Origin: Clostridiales bacterium
Lineage (GTDB): Bacteria; Bacillota; Clostridia; Ch29
Direction of reading: 5' to 3'
Assembly: GCA_012728565.1 (NCBI GenBank)
Contig: JAAYEV010000021.1
Span: 1-62,863, forward strand
DNA: 62,863 bases
Shown: piece by piece, positions 44,862 to 54,405 of the stretch
Numbering within the stretch: position 1 is the stretch's first letter
Layout: each line of letters begins with the position of its first letter
Made by a program: the position numbers and the translations under genes
Notes under the pieces: model-generated
The model's database searches: none
What the model saw: only the letters and a program-made list of their open reading frames with translations
What the model was told of the DNA's origin: nothing

Positions 44862-45164
44862 ATGGTAAAACACATAGTTGCATGGAAACTTAAGAGTTCT
44901 GCCGGAGGCAGGGACAGACAGGAAAATGCAAGTATTATGAAGGAACGCGTTGAGGGCTTGAAAGACAAAATTAAAGAGATACTGCAAATAGAGGTTGGTA
45001 TAAACGTAAACACCAGCAGTGCTGCCTATGACGTGGTCTTGTACTCGGAATTTAAGGACATGGAATCCCTTGATGTGTACCAGAATCATCCTGAGCATTT
45101 GGAAGTGAAGGCGTTTGTTGAAGAGGTTACCCAAGACCGTATAGTGGTTGATTATCTAGTATAG
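44862..45164 (+). CDS. Dabb (stress-responsive alpha/beta barrel) family protein
   Basis: MVKHIVAWKLK... and ...YQNHPEH..V, ~100 aa. Confidence 0.85.
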   Translation: MVKHIVAWKLKSSAGGRDRQENASIMKERVEGLKDKIKEILQIEVGINVNTSSAAYDVVLYSEFKDMESLDVYQNHPEHLEVKAFVEEVTQDRIVVDYLV

Positions 45165-45219
45165 CTACAGGGACAGTAAAAGCAGCTGTGAGACGGCAGC
45201 CGGCGCGAAAAGGGGTGGC

Positions 45220-46110
45220 TTGTTGAGAAGAGTAGCAGTAGCTTTTATTGCAATAATGCTGACCGCATGCGCCGGGCTTTCGGACCGGCACAGTGGTGCG
45301 GAATCCGGCCCGGTAAAGAGTGCGGCCCCGGATGACATTGTAATAGAAGAACACAGTCTTGTTAACCCTGAGGGCATTACGGTAGAGGACAGGATTATGG
45401 TGCCGGAGGGATTTGAGAGAATAAGCGTCCAGCAGGGCTCCTTTGCCGAATACCTTAGAAATCTACCGCTGAAACCCCATGGGTCCAGGGTAATGTACTA
45501 CGACGGCAGGGTAAAGGAAAGGGATGTACACCAGGCGGTTGTAGAAATGGATATAGGGGACAGGGACCTACAGCAGTGCGCCGATGCAGTGATAAGGCTC
45601 CGGGCGGAATACTTGTACCGGACCGGGCAGTACGAAAAAATACACTTCAATTTTACCAACGGGTTTAACGCACGGTACACAAAATGGATGCAGGGCGGCA
45701 GGATTTCGGTAAAGGGTAATAATGTAAGCTGGGTTGACGGGGCCGGTTATTCGAACGATTATGAAAGCTTCAGGGAATACCTGGATATGGTTTTTGCCTA
45801 TGCCGGTACCCTCTCATTGTCGAAAGAGCTTCAGAAGCTGGATGTCAGCGATATTGGGATAGGCGACGTATTTATACGGGGAGGCAGTCCCGGGCATTGT
45901 GCAATAATAGTTGACATGGCACGGTGCGCCGACACCGGCAAAAAGATATTCCTGCTGGCCCAAAGCTACATGCCGGCCCAGGATATACATATCCTAAAAA
46001 ATACGACTGATCCCGCAATAAGCCCATGGTTCCGGGCCGACTTCGGGGATGAACTGGTTACCCCAGAATGGACCTTTAAAAGGGACCAGATAATGAGATT
46101 TGCGGAATGA
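45220..46110 (+). CDS. lipoprotein of unknown function (possibly DUF4846-like)
   Basis: Lipobox IMLTAC at residues ~13-18. The GSPGHCAIIVDMA block is reminiscent of DUF4846, but the family assignment is from memory only. Confidence 0.55.
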   Translation: MLRRVAVAFIAIMLTACAGLSDRHSGAESGPVKSAAPDDIVIEEHSLVNPEGITVEDRIMVPEGFERISVQQGSFAEYLRNLPLKPHGSRVMYYDGRVKERDVHQAVVEMDIGDRDLQQCADAVIRLRAEYLYRTGQYEKIHFNFTNGFNARYTKWMQGGRISVKGNNVSWVDGAGYSNDYESFREYLDMVFAYAGTLSLSKELQKLDVSDIGIGDVFIRGGSPGHCAIIVDMARCADTGKKIFLLAQSYMPAQDIHILKNTTDPAISPWFRADFGDELVTPEWTFKRDQIMRFAE

Positions 46111-46144
46111 TGTATAAAAAGCAAAATAAACGTACAGGGAGGAA

Positions 46145-47914
46145 ATGGGAAGAATGACGGGATACAATCCAGTGGACAAAACCATTAAAGATGGTGACGA
46201 AAGAGAGCAAGACTGTAACGCAGCGGTTCAGTCGGTAAACTTTATTCAAAGCATAATAAACCAGGACAATGAAACCAACGTTTATAACGGCCGCGTGCAT
46301 ACGCGTTTCCCTCCCGAGCCCAACGGATACCTTCATATAGGGCATGCAAAGTCCATATGCCTAAATTTCGGAATAGCACAGCAGTATGGCGGTCTTTGCA
46401 ATTTAAGGTTTGACGATACGAACCCGGCCAAAGAAGACGTTGAATACGTGGAATCCATCAAGGAAGATGTAAGATGGCTTGGTTTTGACTGGGAGGACCG
46501 CGAATACTACGCATCGGACTACTTCGAACAGTTGTACCAGTATGCAGTAAAACTTATCAAGATGGGAAAAGCCTATGTCTGCGATTTAAGTGCCGACGAA
46601 ATAAGGGATTACAGGGGCACCCTTACGCAGCCGGGTAAAAACAGCCCCTACCGGGACCGTTCGGTGGAAGAAAACCTTGACCTGTTCCAAAGGATGCGGG
46701 CCGGTGAGTTTCCCGACGGGTCCAGGGTCCTAAGGGCCAAGATAGACATGGCGTCGCCAAATTTGAACATGAGGGACCCGGTGCTGTACAGGATTCTGCG
46801 GGCCACCCATCACAGGACCGGGGATGAATGGTGCATATATCCAATGTATGACTATGCCCATCCGCTTTCGGATGCAATCGAGGGAATCACCCATTCCATA
46901 TGCACGCTTGAGTTTGAGGACCACCGGCCGCTGTACGACTGGGTTATAGAAAACGTGGACCCGGAGGTTCATCCCAAGCAGATAGAATTTGCACGGCTTA
47001 ACCTTACAAATACCGTTATGAGCAAAAGAAAGCTGAGGAAACTGGTGGAAGAGGGATACGTTGACGGCTGGGACGACCCCCGGATGCCCACCATATCCGG
47101 CTTGAGAAGGCGGGGTTATACCCCTGAATCCATCCGGGACTTTTGCGACAGGATAGGGGTGGCCAAAAGCAACAGCACGGTGGATATAGCGCTTCTTGAG
47201 CACTGCATAAGGGAAGACTTAATGGCAAAGGCGCCCAGGGTAATGGCGGTTCTAAACCCTGTAAAACTTGTGATTGAAAATTACCCGGAGGGCAAGGTGG
47301 AATACCTTGAGGCAGAGAACAACCCCGAGAGGCCGGAGTTGGGGACCAGGAAAATACCCTTTTCCAGGGAGCTTTATATAGAACGGGAGGACTTTTGCGA
47401 AGTACCGCCGCCTAAATTCTTCAGGCTTTCCCCCGGAAAGGAAGTCCGGCTGAAGAACGCGTACATTATAAAGTGTAACAATGTAATAAAGGATGAAGCT
47501 ACCGGGGAGATATTGGAGATACACTGCACCTATGACCCGGATACAAAAAGCGGGGGCCCTGCCAGCGGGAAAAAGGTTAAAGGCACGCTGCACTGGGTTT
47601 CTGCCGGCCATGCCATCGAGGCTGAAGTGCGGCTTTATGGGTATTTGTTTAACGATGAGGACCCGGAAAGCGAAGAAGCGGCGGACTTCATGGAAAAGCT
47701 TAATAAGGATTCGCTGCAAAGGCTGTATTGCTGCAAGCTTGAGCCGGAGCTTGCAAATGCAGAACCGGGCAGCAGGTACCAGTTCATAAGGCACGGGTAT
47801 TTCTGCGTGGATACGGTATGTTCAAAGCCGGGGAATTTGGTTTTCAACCGGATAGTATCCTTAAAGGATACCTGGGCGAAGCTTATGAAAGGTCCTGAGG
47901 GCAAAACAAAGTAA
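46145..47914 (+). CDS. glnS: glutamine--tRNA ligase
   Basis: [18 protein letters not shown] (HIGH), [15 protein letters not shown] (KMSKS), and a C-terminal anticodon-binding beta-barrel. The start is either 46145 or 46154. Confidence 0.95.
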   Translation: MGRMTGYNPVDKTIKDGDEREQDCNAAVQSVNFIQSIINQDNETNVYNGRVHTRFPPEPNGYLHIGHAKSICLNFGIAQQYGGLCNLRFDDTNPAKEDVEYVESIKEDVRWLGFDWEDREYYASDYFEQLYQYAVKLIKMGKAYVCDLSADEIRDYRGTLTQPGKNSPYRDRSVEENLDLFQRMRAGEFPDGSRVLRAKIDMASPNLNMRDPVLYRILRATHHRTGDEWCIYPMYDYAHPLSDAIEGITHSICTLEFEDHRPLYDWVIENVDPEVHPKQIEFARLNLTNTVMSKRKLRKLVEEGYVDGWDDPRMPTISGLRRRGYTPESIRDFCDRIGVAKSNSTVDIALLEHCIREDLMAKAPRVMAVLNPVKLVIENYPEGKVEYLEAENNPERPELGTRKIPFSRELYIEREDFCEVPPPKFFRLSPGKEVRLKNAYIIKCNNVIKDEATGEILEIHCTYDPDTKSGGPASGKKVKGTLHWVSAGHAIEAEVRLYGYLFNDEDPESEEAADFMEKLNKDSLQRLYCCKLEPELANAEPGSRYQFIRHGYFCVDTVCSKPGNLVFNRIVSLKDTWAKLMKGPEGKTK

Positions 47915-48085
47915 TAATAGAGCCGAAGTAAAACATAATTATATTATGTCAACACATATCCCTTGCATTGTGCATCAAACGGAAGGATTGTTTACAGTTT
48001 CTGCCGGACGAGGAATAGGAAAAGTCCTTTCTTTCCCCGCGAGGAATGAAGGCGGCAGGAAACACAAAATACACAATAAAAATAA

Positions 48086-48117
48086 AAATTGTCCCAATCG
48101 GGGCAATTTTTATTTTT
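48086..48117 (+). terminator. intrinsic terminator ~170 nt downstream of glnS
   Basis: AAATTGTCCC-aatc-GGGGCAATTT followed by TTTATTTTT. Confidence 0.7.
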
Positions 48118-48162
48118 AAAAAAACAAATAATAAGTAAAGTGCGGAATAAGAGAAAGTTGGT

Positions 48163-49290
48163 GTGAACTTGTATATTAAATCCAAAGCGGTGGTGGACAA
48201 GAAAACAAAGAACCTGGTCCGACGTATAAAGCCCGGGGAAATAGGAATAATATGCCACCGGGACCTTGATGAGGTTGGGGCGATGTCCCTTATAGAAGCA
48301 AGGGTAAAGGCAGTAGTCAACGCGGAGAGGTCCATAAGCGGCAGGTACCCAAACCTTGGCCCGGCACTGCTTTACAGGGAGGGCATACCGCTTATCGATA
48401 ATGTGGGGACGAAAATCCTTGAAACTGTAAAGGACGGGGACACAGTGGAGCTAAGGGACGGCAGAATCTACCTGCGCGGGGTTTTGGTGGGAAAGGGCAG
48501 CGTTATGAACGGGAAGACAATAAAAAGAGAAATGGCCCTGGCAAAAAGAAACCTGGAGGCCGAGCTGGACGGGTTTATTGATAATACGCTGGAATATGCC
48601 AAGAAGGAGAAGGACCTAATACTGGGCAAACTGGAACTGCCAAAACTGCGTACCGACATTTCCGGTAGGCATGCACTGGTAGTGGTCAGGGGAAAGGATT
48701 ATAGGAACGACCTTAGCATAATAAAGTCTTACATAGAAGAGGTTAAGCCGGTACTCATCGGGGTGGACGGGGGTGGGGATGCACTGCTTGAGTTCGGACT
48801 GGTACCAGATATCATAATAGGTGATATGGACAGTGTCAGTGACAGGGCACTCAGGAAATGCAGGGAAATAGTAGTCCATGCCTACATGGACGGCAGGGCT
48901 CCCGGTTTGGAAAGGATAAACCGACTGGGGCTTAATGCGGAAGTATTATGCTGCCCCGGAACCAGTGAGGATATTGCAATGCTTTTGGCCTATGAAAACG
49001 GGGCGGAGCTGATAGTGGCGGTGGGCGCCCATTCAAGCATAATTGATTTCCTTGAAAAGGGGAGGAAAGGCATGGGAAGCACTTTTCTGACGCGTCTGAA
49101 AGTAGGGGACAGGCTGGTGGATGCCAAGGGGGTAAACAAGCTTTACAGGGAAAAGGTTAAGCCAAAACACATAGTGGGGTTGGTCTTGGCTGCCATGATA
49201 CCCGTTGTTATAGCCGGGGCAATGTCACCGCCTCTTCAGCAGCTGTATAGGCTTTTGTCCATCCGCCTAAGGCTGGTACTGGGTTACTAA
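48163..49290 (+). CDS. steA: SteA-like putative cytokinetic-ring protein (thiamine-pyrophosphokinase-like domain, C-terminal TM)
   Basis: N-terminal KTKNLVRRIKPGEIGIICHRDLD, central VLIGVDGGGD...IIIGDMDSV (TPK-like GD.DS), and a C-terminal membrane anchor. Confidence 0.75.
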   Translation: MNLYIKSKAVVDKKTKNLVRRIKPGEIGIICHRDLDEVGAMSLIEARVKAVVNAERSISGRYPNLGPALLYREGIPLIDNVGTKILETVKDGDTVELRDGRIYLRGVLVGKGSVMNGKTIKREMALAKRNLEAELDGFIDNTLEYAKKEKDLILGKLELPKLRTDISGRHALVVVRGKDYRNDLSIIKSYIEEVKPVLIGVDGGGDALLEFGLVPDIIIGDMDSVSDRALRKCREIVVHAYMDGRAPGLERINRLGLNAEVLCCPGTSEDIAMLLAYENGAELIVAVGAHSSIIDFLEKGRKGMGSTFLTRLKVGDRLVDAKGVNKLYREKVKPKHIVGLVLAAMIPVVIAGAMSPPLQQLYRLLSIRLRLVLGY

Positions 49291-49303
49291 GGAGTGTTGA
49301 TGC

Positions 49304-50185
49304 ATGGTGATAAACATAAGGTATTACGTAATTATGTCGGCTTCCATATTCCTGGCCCTTGGCGTGGGCATATTCATAGGTTTTTCCCTTGACGGCCAGG
49401 AGATATTCGTTGAGCAGCAGCAGGGACTTATAACCGAATTGGAGCAGAGGTTTTTGGACCTTAAGCAGCAAAACACAATGATGGAAACCATGATGAAGGA
49501 CAGTAAAAAGGAACTGGAAATGTACAGGGTACTATTAGAACGGCTTATGCCGCAGTTGGTTAAAGATGTGCTGGAAGGTCTTAACATTGCCATAATCCAA
49601 AACGGCGACGAAACGGACCACGGAGGCATGGTTAGCATGTTAAACCATGCCGGGGCACGGGTTTCTTCCACCATCCGTATAAACAAGGATTTTTTCTGTG
49701 ACGACCGGCAGTGGGCGATACTGCTAAAGGAGAACTTGGACGAGTTCGTGGAGGAGGACCAATTGCAGCCGTACATATACCGAAGGCTTGTGAACGCCGT
49801 AATAACCGGCGGAGACCAAGGCTTTATCCGGCGCATGAAAGAACTGGACGTAATTGAAGTATCCGAGGGCTACAGCGGCGAGGTTGATTACTTTATACTT
49901 GCCGGGGAAGGATTTGCAGCCGGCCCGGGAATGGCAGCGGAACCCGGGGTATTCATTATTGAAGCGATAAAAAGGAGCAATATACCGGCGGTGGGTGTTG
50001 AAAAATCCGACTGCGAAAAGTCCAGTATACCCCGCTACAGGGATGCCAGGATTTCCTCGGTGGACAACGTGGAAAGCGTTATCGGCCAGTATTCGCTGGT
50101 AAGGGTGCTTCAGGGTTATACCGGTCACTACGGGTTGAAAGAAACGGCCCAGGCCCTTATACCCCCATGGCCGGAAGAGATGTAG
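49304..50185 (+). CDS. MctB/SteB-like membrane protein (annotated 'copper transporter' family)
   Basis: MVINIRYYVIMSASIFLALGVGIFIG N-terminus, a coiled coil, and an extracytoplasmic domain. It follows steA by 13 nt. Confidence 0.7.
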   Translation: MVINIRYYVIMSASIFLALGVGIFIGFSLDGQEIFVEQQQGLITELEQRFLDLKQQNTMMETMMKDSKKELEMYRVLLERLMPQLVKDVLEGLNIAIIQNGDETDHGGMVSMLNHAGARVSSTIRINKDFFCDDRQWAILLKENLDEFVEEDQLQPYIYRRLVNAVITGGDQGFIRRMKELDVIEVSEGYSGEVDYFILAGEGFAAGPGMAAEPGVFIIEAIKRSNIPAVGVEKSDCEKSSIPRYRDARISSVDNVESVIGQYSLVRVLQGYTGHYGLKETAQALIPPWPEEM

Positions 50186-50197
50186 GGGGGTTGTGTC

Positions 50198-50875
50198 ATG
50201 AAGCCGGAGGTTGCGGTGCTGATACCCGCATATAACGAGGAGGATTATATAGGCGGCACTATACTTGGCGTCAGGGCGTCGGGCAGTGCCGACAGGATTA
50301 TTGTGGTGGATGACGGTTCGACAGATGATACAGCTGCTGTTGCCGCCCGGTCGGGGGCAGAAGTACTGCGCATTGAAAGCAACCGGGGTAAGGGATATGC
50401 ACTAAATTACGGGCTGCAGCGGATAAAAAGCGGCATAGTGGTATTCATCGATGCAGATGTAGGCCAAAGCGCCGTAGAACTGCAAAAACTGGTGGCGCCT
50501 GTTGTTTCAGGGAAAGCGGACATGACGATAGGTGTTTTGCCTCCGGCATCGCGCAAGGGGGGCTTTGGCCTGGTGAAAAAGCTTGCCGATACCATTGTGA
50601 AAAGAAATACCGGCAGAAAACTTTCCGCCGGCCTGTCCGGCCAGAGAGCGGTGAGAATGGAACTACTGTCCGCCATCGGTCCGGTACCGGGTGGGTTTGC
50701 CGCAGAAATTGGCCTTAACATAAAGGCCTTGGCCAAGGGATACAGGGTGGTGGAGGTGCCGGTTAACATGTTCCACCGTGAAAGCGGTAGAAACAAAAAG
50801 GGTTTCATGCACAGGGGCAAGCAGTTTATGGATATTCTATTGTTCTGCCTGCGGAAAGGTTGGGATGTAAAATAA
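50198..50875 (+). CDS. family 2 glycosyltransferase (small, soluble GT-A)
   Basis: VLIPAYNEE, IVVDDGSTDDT, NRGKGYAL, FIDAD motifs. Confidence 0.85.
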   Translation: MKPEVAVLIPAYNEEDYIGGTILGVRASGSADRIIVVDDGSTDDTAAVAARSGAEVLRIESNRGKGYALNYGLQRIKSGIVVFIDADVGQSAVELQKLVAPVVSGKADMTIGVLPPASRKGGFGLVKKLADTIVKRNTGRKLSAGLSGQRAVRMELLSAIGPVPGGFAAEIGLNIKALAKGYRVVEVPVNMFHRESGRNKKGFMHRGKQFMDILLFCLRKGWDVK

Positions 50876-51702
50876 TGGTGGTTGTGCTTATACTTGCTGC
50901 AGCGGTTACTTTGATTTTTATGCCTCTCATGAAGCAAATGCTGGAGACTTCGGGGGCTGTAAGGGAAAACTTTTTAGGCGAGGCAGTCCCTACCGGCTTG
51001 GGGGTAGGATTTTTGCCCGGTGTTTTGTTCGGAAGTTTCTTACTGGTGCTCATGGAAAACACAGATATCCGCCTGGTACTTATTAATGCCCTTGGATTTG
51101 TCGTTATGTCCCTCGCAGGGATTGTAGACGACATCCTGGGGAATAATAACGTGAAAGGAATTAGAAAGCATTTAAAGAGCCTTCTGGATCTAAGGCTTAC
51201 TACCGGCGGCTTGAAGGCTGCTTTTGGCGGATTAATTGCCGCGTTAATATCGACGGTGGTTTCGGAAAGCCTTATAGAGGGGATTGTAAATTGCCTGTTG
51301 GTAATGCTGTTTACAAACCTAGTTAACCTATTGGACCTAAGGCCGGGCAGGGCTGTTAAGTCCTTCTTCCTATTATGGTGGTGTTCGCTTTTTTTTATGC
51401 CGGTAAGAGCCCATGCCTATATACTATACCCACTGGCCGGGTGTCTTGTAGCCTACCTGCCCTATGATGCGAATCGAATAGGGATGATGGGGGATGCGGG
51501 GTCCAATGCCATTGGCTTGTCCCTTGGGCTTTATTATTGTGTGGGAGCTGCGATGAATCATAAGGTGGCGGCATTGATGCTGCTTATTTTGCTGCATATT
51601 GCGGCGGAAAAATACTCCTTTACCGGATTTATCGCCCGGAACAGGATGCTGAGGCTGATAGACGAATTGGGTAATAAAAGGAGTGTTAGGCATGATGATT
51701 AG
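50875..51702 (+). CDS. MraY/WecA-family (GT4) polyprenyl-phosphate sugar-1-phosphate transferase, short and divergent
   Basis: IVDDILG (DD motif), NLVNLLDLRPG in place of NxxNxxDGxDGL, and MMGDAGSNAIG. The start overlaps the GT2 stop (TAATG). Confidence 0.78.
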   Translation: MVVVLILAAAVTLIFMPLMKQMLETSGAVRENFLGEAVPTGLGVGFLPGVLFGSFLLVLMENTDIRLVLINALGFVVMSLAGIVDDILGNNNVKGIRKHLKSLLDLRLTTGGLKAAFGGLIAALISTVVSESLIEGIVNCLLVMLFTNLVNLLDLRPGRAVKSFFLLWWCSLFFMPVRAHAYILYPLAGCLVAYLPYDANRIGMMGDAGSNAIGLSLGLYYCVGAAMNHKVAALMLLILLHIAAEKYSFTGFIARNRMLRLIDELGNKRSVRHDD

Positions 51703-52768
51703 GACCAGGGAAGGTACAGTTGCAGAAATCTGCGTTGAAAGGGAGGACCTCCAGGAGATACGGGTTGAAATAGGGGGCAGCCGAATGCCGGCCCTTGTAT
51801 ATACCGATATTTCGGGGCGGGTAGCCAAGGGGGACAGGGTTCTTGTAAACACGACAGCTCATTTCCTCGGGCTTGGAACCGGCGGGTATGACTTTGTGAT
51901 AGCAAACCTTAATAACACCAAAGCCGACATTACCGGGGCCGGGCACATTATGAAACTTAGATATACCCCGCTGCAGCTTAAATGCCTTGCCGCCGAGGAA
52001 CAGCAAAGCAAACTGCATAGTGTAATAGAGAGCTTTGAAAGCCTTGGGGGAAGACCTGTGGTTACGATACCGCTCCACAGCATGCTGGGGCCCATATGCG
52101 CCCTGGCAAAGCGGTTAAAACCGGGAGTGAAAACAGGCTACGTAATGACTGACGGTGCTGCGCTTCCCGCCGCATTCAGCAAAACAATCACAGACCTTAA
52201 GAAAAAGGGGCTTCTGGATATTGTTGTAACCTGCGGAAACGCCTTTGGCGGTGACCTGGAAACAGTCAATTTTTACACCGGGATAATAGCGGCGGTGGAG
52301 GCTGAAAAGTGTGACCTGGTGATTGTGGGCATGGGACCGGGCATTACCGGCACGGGAACCAGGTACGGCTTTACCGGGGTGGAGCAGGGGTACATCATAG
52401 ATGGAATAAACACGCTGGGGGGTCTACCGGTGGCGGTGCCCAGGATAAGCTTTTCGGACACCAGGCAGCGGCACTGGGGTATAAGTCACCATTCGCTGAC
52501 GGTGCTGGGAAGAATTGCAAAGACAACATCCCTCTTGCCGCTGCCGGAACTTGAAGGTACAAAGCTTGAATACATAACGGGACAGCTAAGGGAGCACGGT
52601 ATTGAAAAAAAGCACATAATCGTGTTTAATAGGGGAGAGGAAGTCCTGCAAGCCATGGAGGATTATGGCCTCAAAACCACCACCATGGGAAGGAACGCCG
52701 AGGAGGACAGGGATTTTTTTTTGGGCGTAGGCGCATCGGTAATGGCACTGCGCGGCTTGCTGCTATAG
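51692..52768 (+). CDS. DUF3866-like protein of unknown function
   Basis: 358-aa soluble protein. ATG 51692 follows AAGGAG and overlaps GT4 by 11 nt. The family name is recalled from similar clostridial/actinobacterial loci. Confidence 0.6.
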   Translation: MMIRTREGTVAEICVEREDLQEIRVEIGGSRMPALVYTDISGRVAKGDRVLVNTTAHFLGLGTGGYDFVIANLNNTKADITGAGHIMKLRYTPLQLKCLAAEEQQSKLHSVIESFESLGGRPVVTIPLHSMLGPICALAKRLKPGVKTGYVMTDGAALPAAFSKTITDLKKKGLLDIVVTCGNAFGGDLETVNFYTGIIAAVEAEKCDLVIVGMGPGITGTGTRYGFTGVEQGYIIDGINTLGGLPVAVPRISFSDTRQRHWGISHHSLTVLGRIAKTTSLLPLPELEGTKLEYITGQLREHGIEKKHIIVFNRGEEVLQAMEDYGLKTTTMGRNAEEDRDFFLGVGASVMALRGLLL

Positions 52769-52894
52769 ATGCATCTGCTCGTCAAGGTACTGTTTCAACG
52801 TAGTGCCGGGTATGCTTATTGATGCAAGAAAGTCCAGTACATCCCTGATGTTGCCGATAAGGTAAAGCCTGCCGGCGGTGGTTATCTTGTACAT
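52763..52894 (-). CDS. candidate 43-aa small protein (not in ORF track)
   Basis: ATG preceded by GGGAGG at 8-nt spacing. Sequence MYKITTAGRLYLIGNIRDVLDFLASISIPGTTLKQYLDEQMHL. Convergent with the DUF3866 gene and overlapping its stop by 6 nt. Confidence 0.35.
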   Translation of the reverse strand: MYKITTAGRLYLIGNIRDVLDFLASISIPGTTLKQYLDEQMHL

Positions 52895-52972
52895 AGGTAA
52901 AGCCTCCCATCGATTATTAAGTATTATATTCAAAAGGTTACTATTTTATTACAGTGCGAAGGGGGAAGAAAC

Positions 52973-53494
52973 TTGGAAAAAACCTTGGAAAGCAAAAGGG
53001 TGTACGAGGGTCGAATAATAAACTTAAGGTTGGACAGTGTTGTGTTGGAAAACGGCAATACCGCTATGCGGGAAGTGGTTGAACACCCCGGGGCGGTGGG
53101 GATTGTTGCCCTAAAGGAAAACGGTGACATAGTAATGGTTAAGCAGTACCGAAAGGCGGTGGAGCAGGTGCTGTTGGAACTGCCTGCGGGAAAGCTGGAG
53201 CAGGGTGAAGACCCAGCGGACTGCGCCGCCAGAGAACTAACCGAGGAAACGGGATACACCGCCGGGGATTTGCGCTATCTGGTGTCCTTTTACACTTCAC
53301 CGGGTTTTTCAAATGAAGTAATGCACATGTTTTTGGCAACCGATCTAAAAGAGGGAAAAAATGACCCGGACGACGACGAGATGGTGGAGACGGTTGAAAT
53401 AAGCCGTGACAGGGCGATAGACATGATTCTTAAAGGTGAAATAAAGGATGGAAAGACCATAGCCGGGATACTGCTGCTGGGCATTTTGAAATGA
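52973..53494 (+). CDS. nudF: ADP-ribose pyrophosphatase (Nudix)
   Basis: Nudix box GKLEQGEDPADCAARELTEETG, and an N-terminal RLD.V.L.NG pattern typical of NudF. Confidence 0.88.
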   Translation: MEKTLESKRVYEGRIINLRLDSVVLENGNTAMREVVEHPGAVGIVALKENGDIVMVKQYRKAVEQVLLELPAGKLEQGEDPADCAARELTEETGYTAGDLRYLVSFYTSPGFSNEVMHMFLATDLKEGKNDPDDDEMVETVEISRDRAIDMILKGEIKDGKTIAGILLLGILK

Positions 53495-53582
53495 AATGAC
53501 ATAAAGAAGGACAAACGGGCATAACATTTACTAAAGCATAAAGCCAGGAATGCTGTCTATGCCCGGAGGTGCTTCTTGGAAA

Positions 53583-54194
53583 ATGGTATTAAAAAAAACG
53601 ATACAAAAGCAGGTTAAGAACAACCTGGCGCTCTACTTTTTGGTGCTGGTGTTTTTTGCGGCTGGAATAGCCGCCGGCGCTTTTACGGTGGATGCGCTGT
53701 CGTCGGTACAAAAGGAGGAGCTGATAAACTATTTCCAGAGTTTTTTTACTGTTTTGGACCAGGAGCCGGTGCAGTCGGCGGTCATATTCAAACAGTCCCT
53801 TATCAATAATTCGCAGTTTGCAATCCTTATATGGCTGTTGGGGATAACCGTGATCGGGGTGCCGTTAATACTGATGATTGTGGGCATCAAGGGATTCATT
53901 GTTGGCTTTTCTGTAAGCTTCCTGGTGGAAGGGATGGGGCTAAAAGGGCTCCTGTTTGCCGTAGCTGCAATTCTTCCGCAAAACCTTCTTATAGTGCCCG
54001 GCATAATAGCGGCGGCTGTGCTGGGTATCTCCTTTTCTATTTCTATGCTGCGCAGAAAAAAATCAAAGCCGAAAAAAAGCTTTGCAAGCGAACTGGCCAT
54101 TTATTCAATAAATATTCTCTTTACTCTTCTTATACTTCTATTTGGCTCCTTGGTAGAAGGATACATTACCCCTGTGTTTATGAAGTTTTTCTAA
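53583..54194 (+). CDS. spoIIM: stage II sporulation protein M
   Basis: Polytopic ~200-aa protein with the SpoIIM pattern (F..NN......W..G.......L...G..GF..G, PQN..I.P). Position between nudF and xerD as in Bacillus. Confidence 0.85.
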   Translation: MVLKKTIQKQVKNNLALYFLVLVFFAAGIAAGAFTVDALSSVQKEELINYFQSFFTVLDQEPVQSAVIFKQSLINNSQFAILIWLLGITVIGVPLILMIVGIKGFIVGFSVSFLVEGMGLKGLLFAVAAILPQNLLIVPGIIAAAVLGISFSISMLRRKKSKPKKSFASELAIYSINILFTLLILLFGSLVEGYITPVFMKFF

Positions 54195-54405
54195 GGCTTT
54201 AGGAATTTTCCCAAGCATTATCCTGCCGGGCGTTAAACGGGCACGGGAATAATGGGTATTTTTATTTACACTGTATAATTATTACTGCCGGATAGAGGAG
54301 TTTTAAAAAAAACATCGAATAAAATAAGTGGTTGTTATATAACTAGAACTGTTAGATATATAACATCCGATGATAACCATAAATAAACATGGGGGAGTGT
54401 GTTTT

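Noticed and set aside
46111-46144. Looked for T-box leaders upstream of glnS (and of trpS at 62597-62683)
   Set aside because: The intergenic spaces are only ~34 nt and ~88 nt, far too short for a T-box riboswitch. No specifier/antiterminator architecture is visible.
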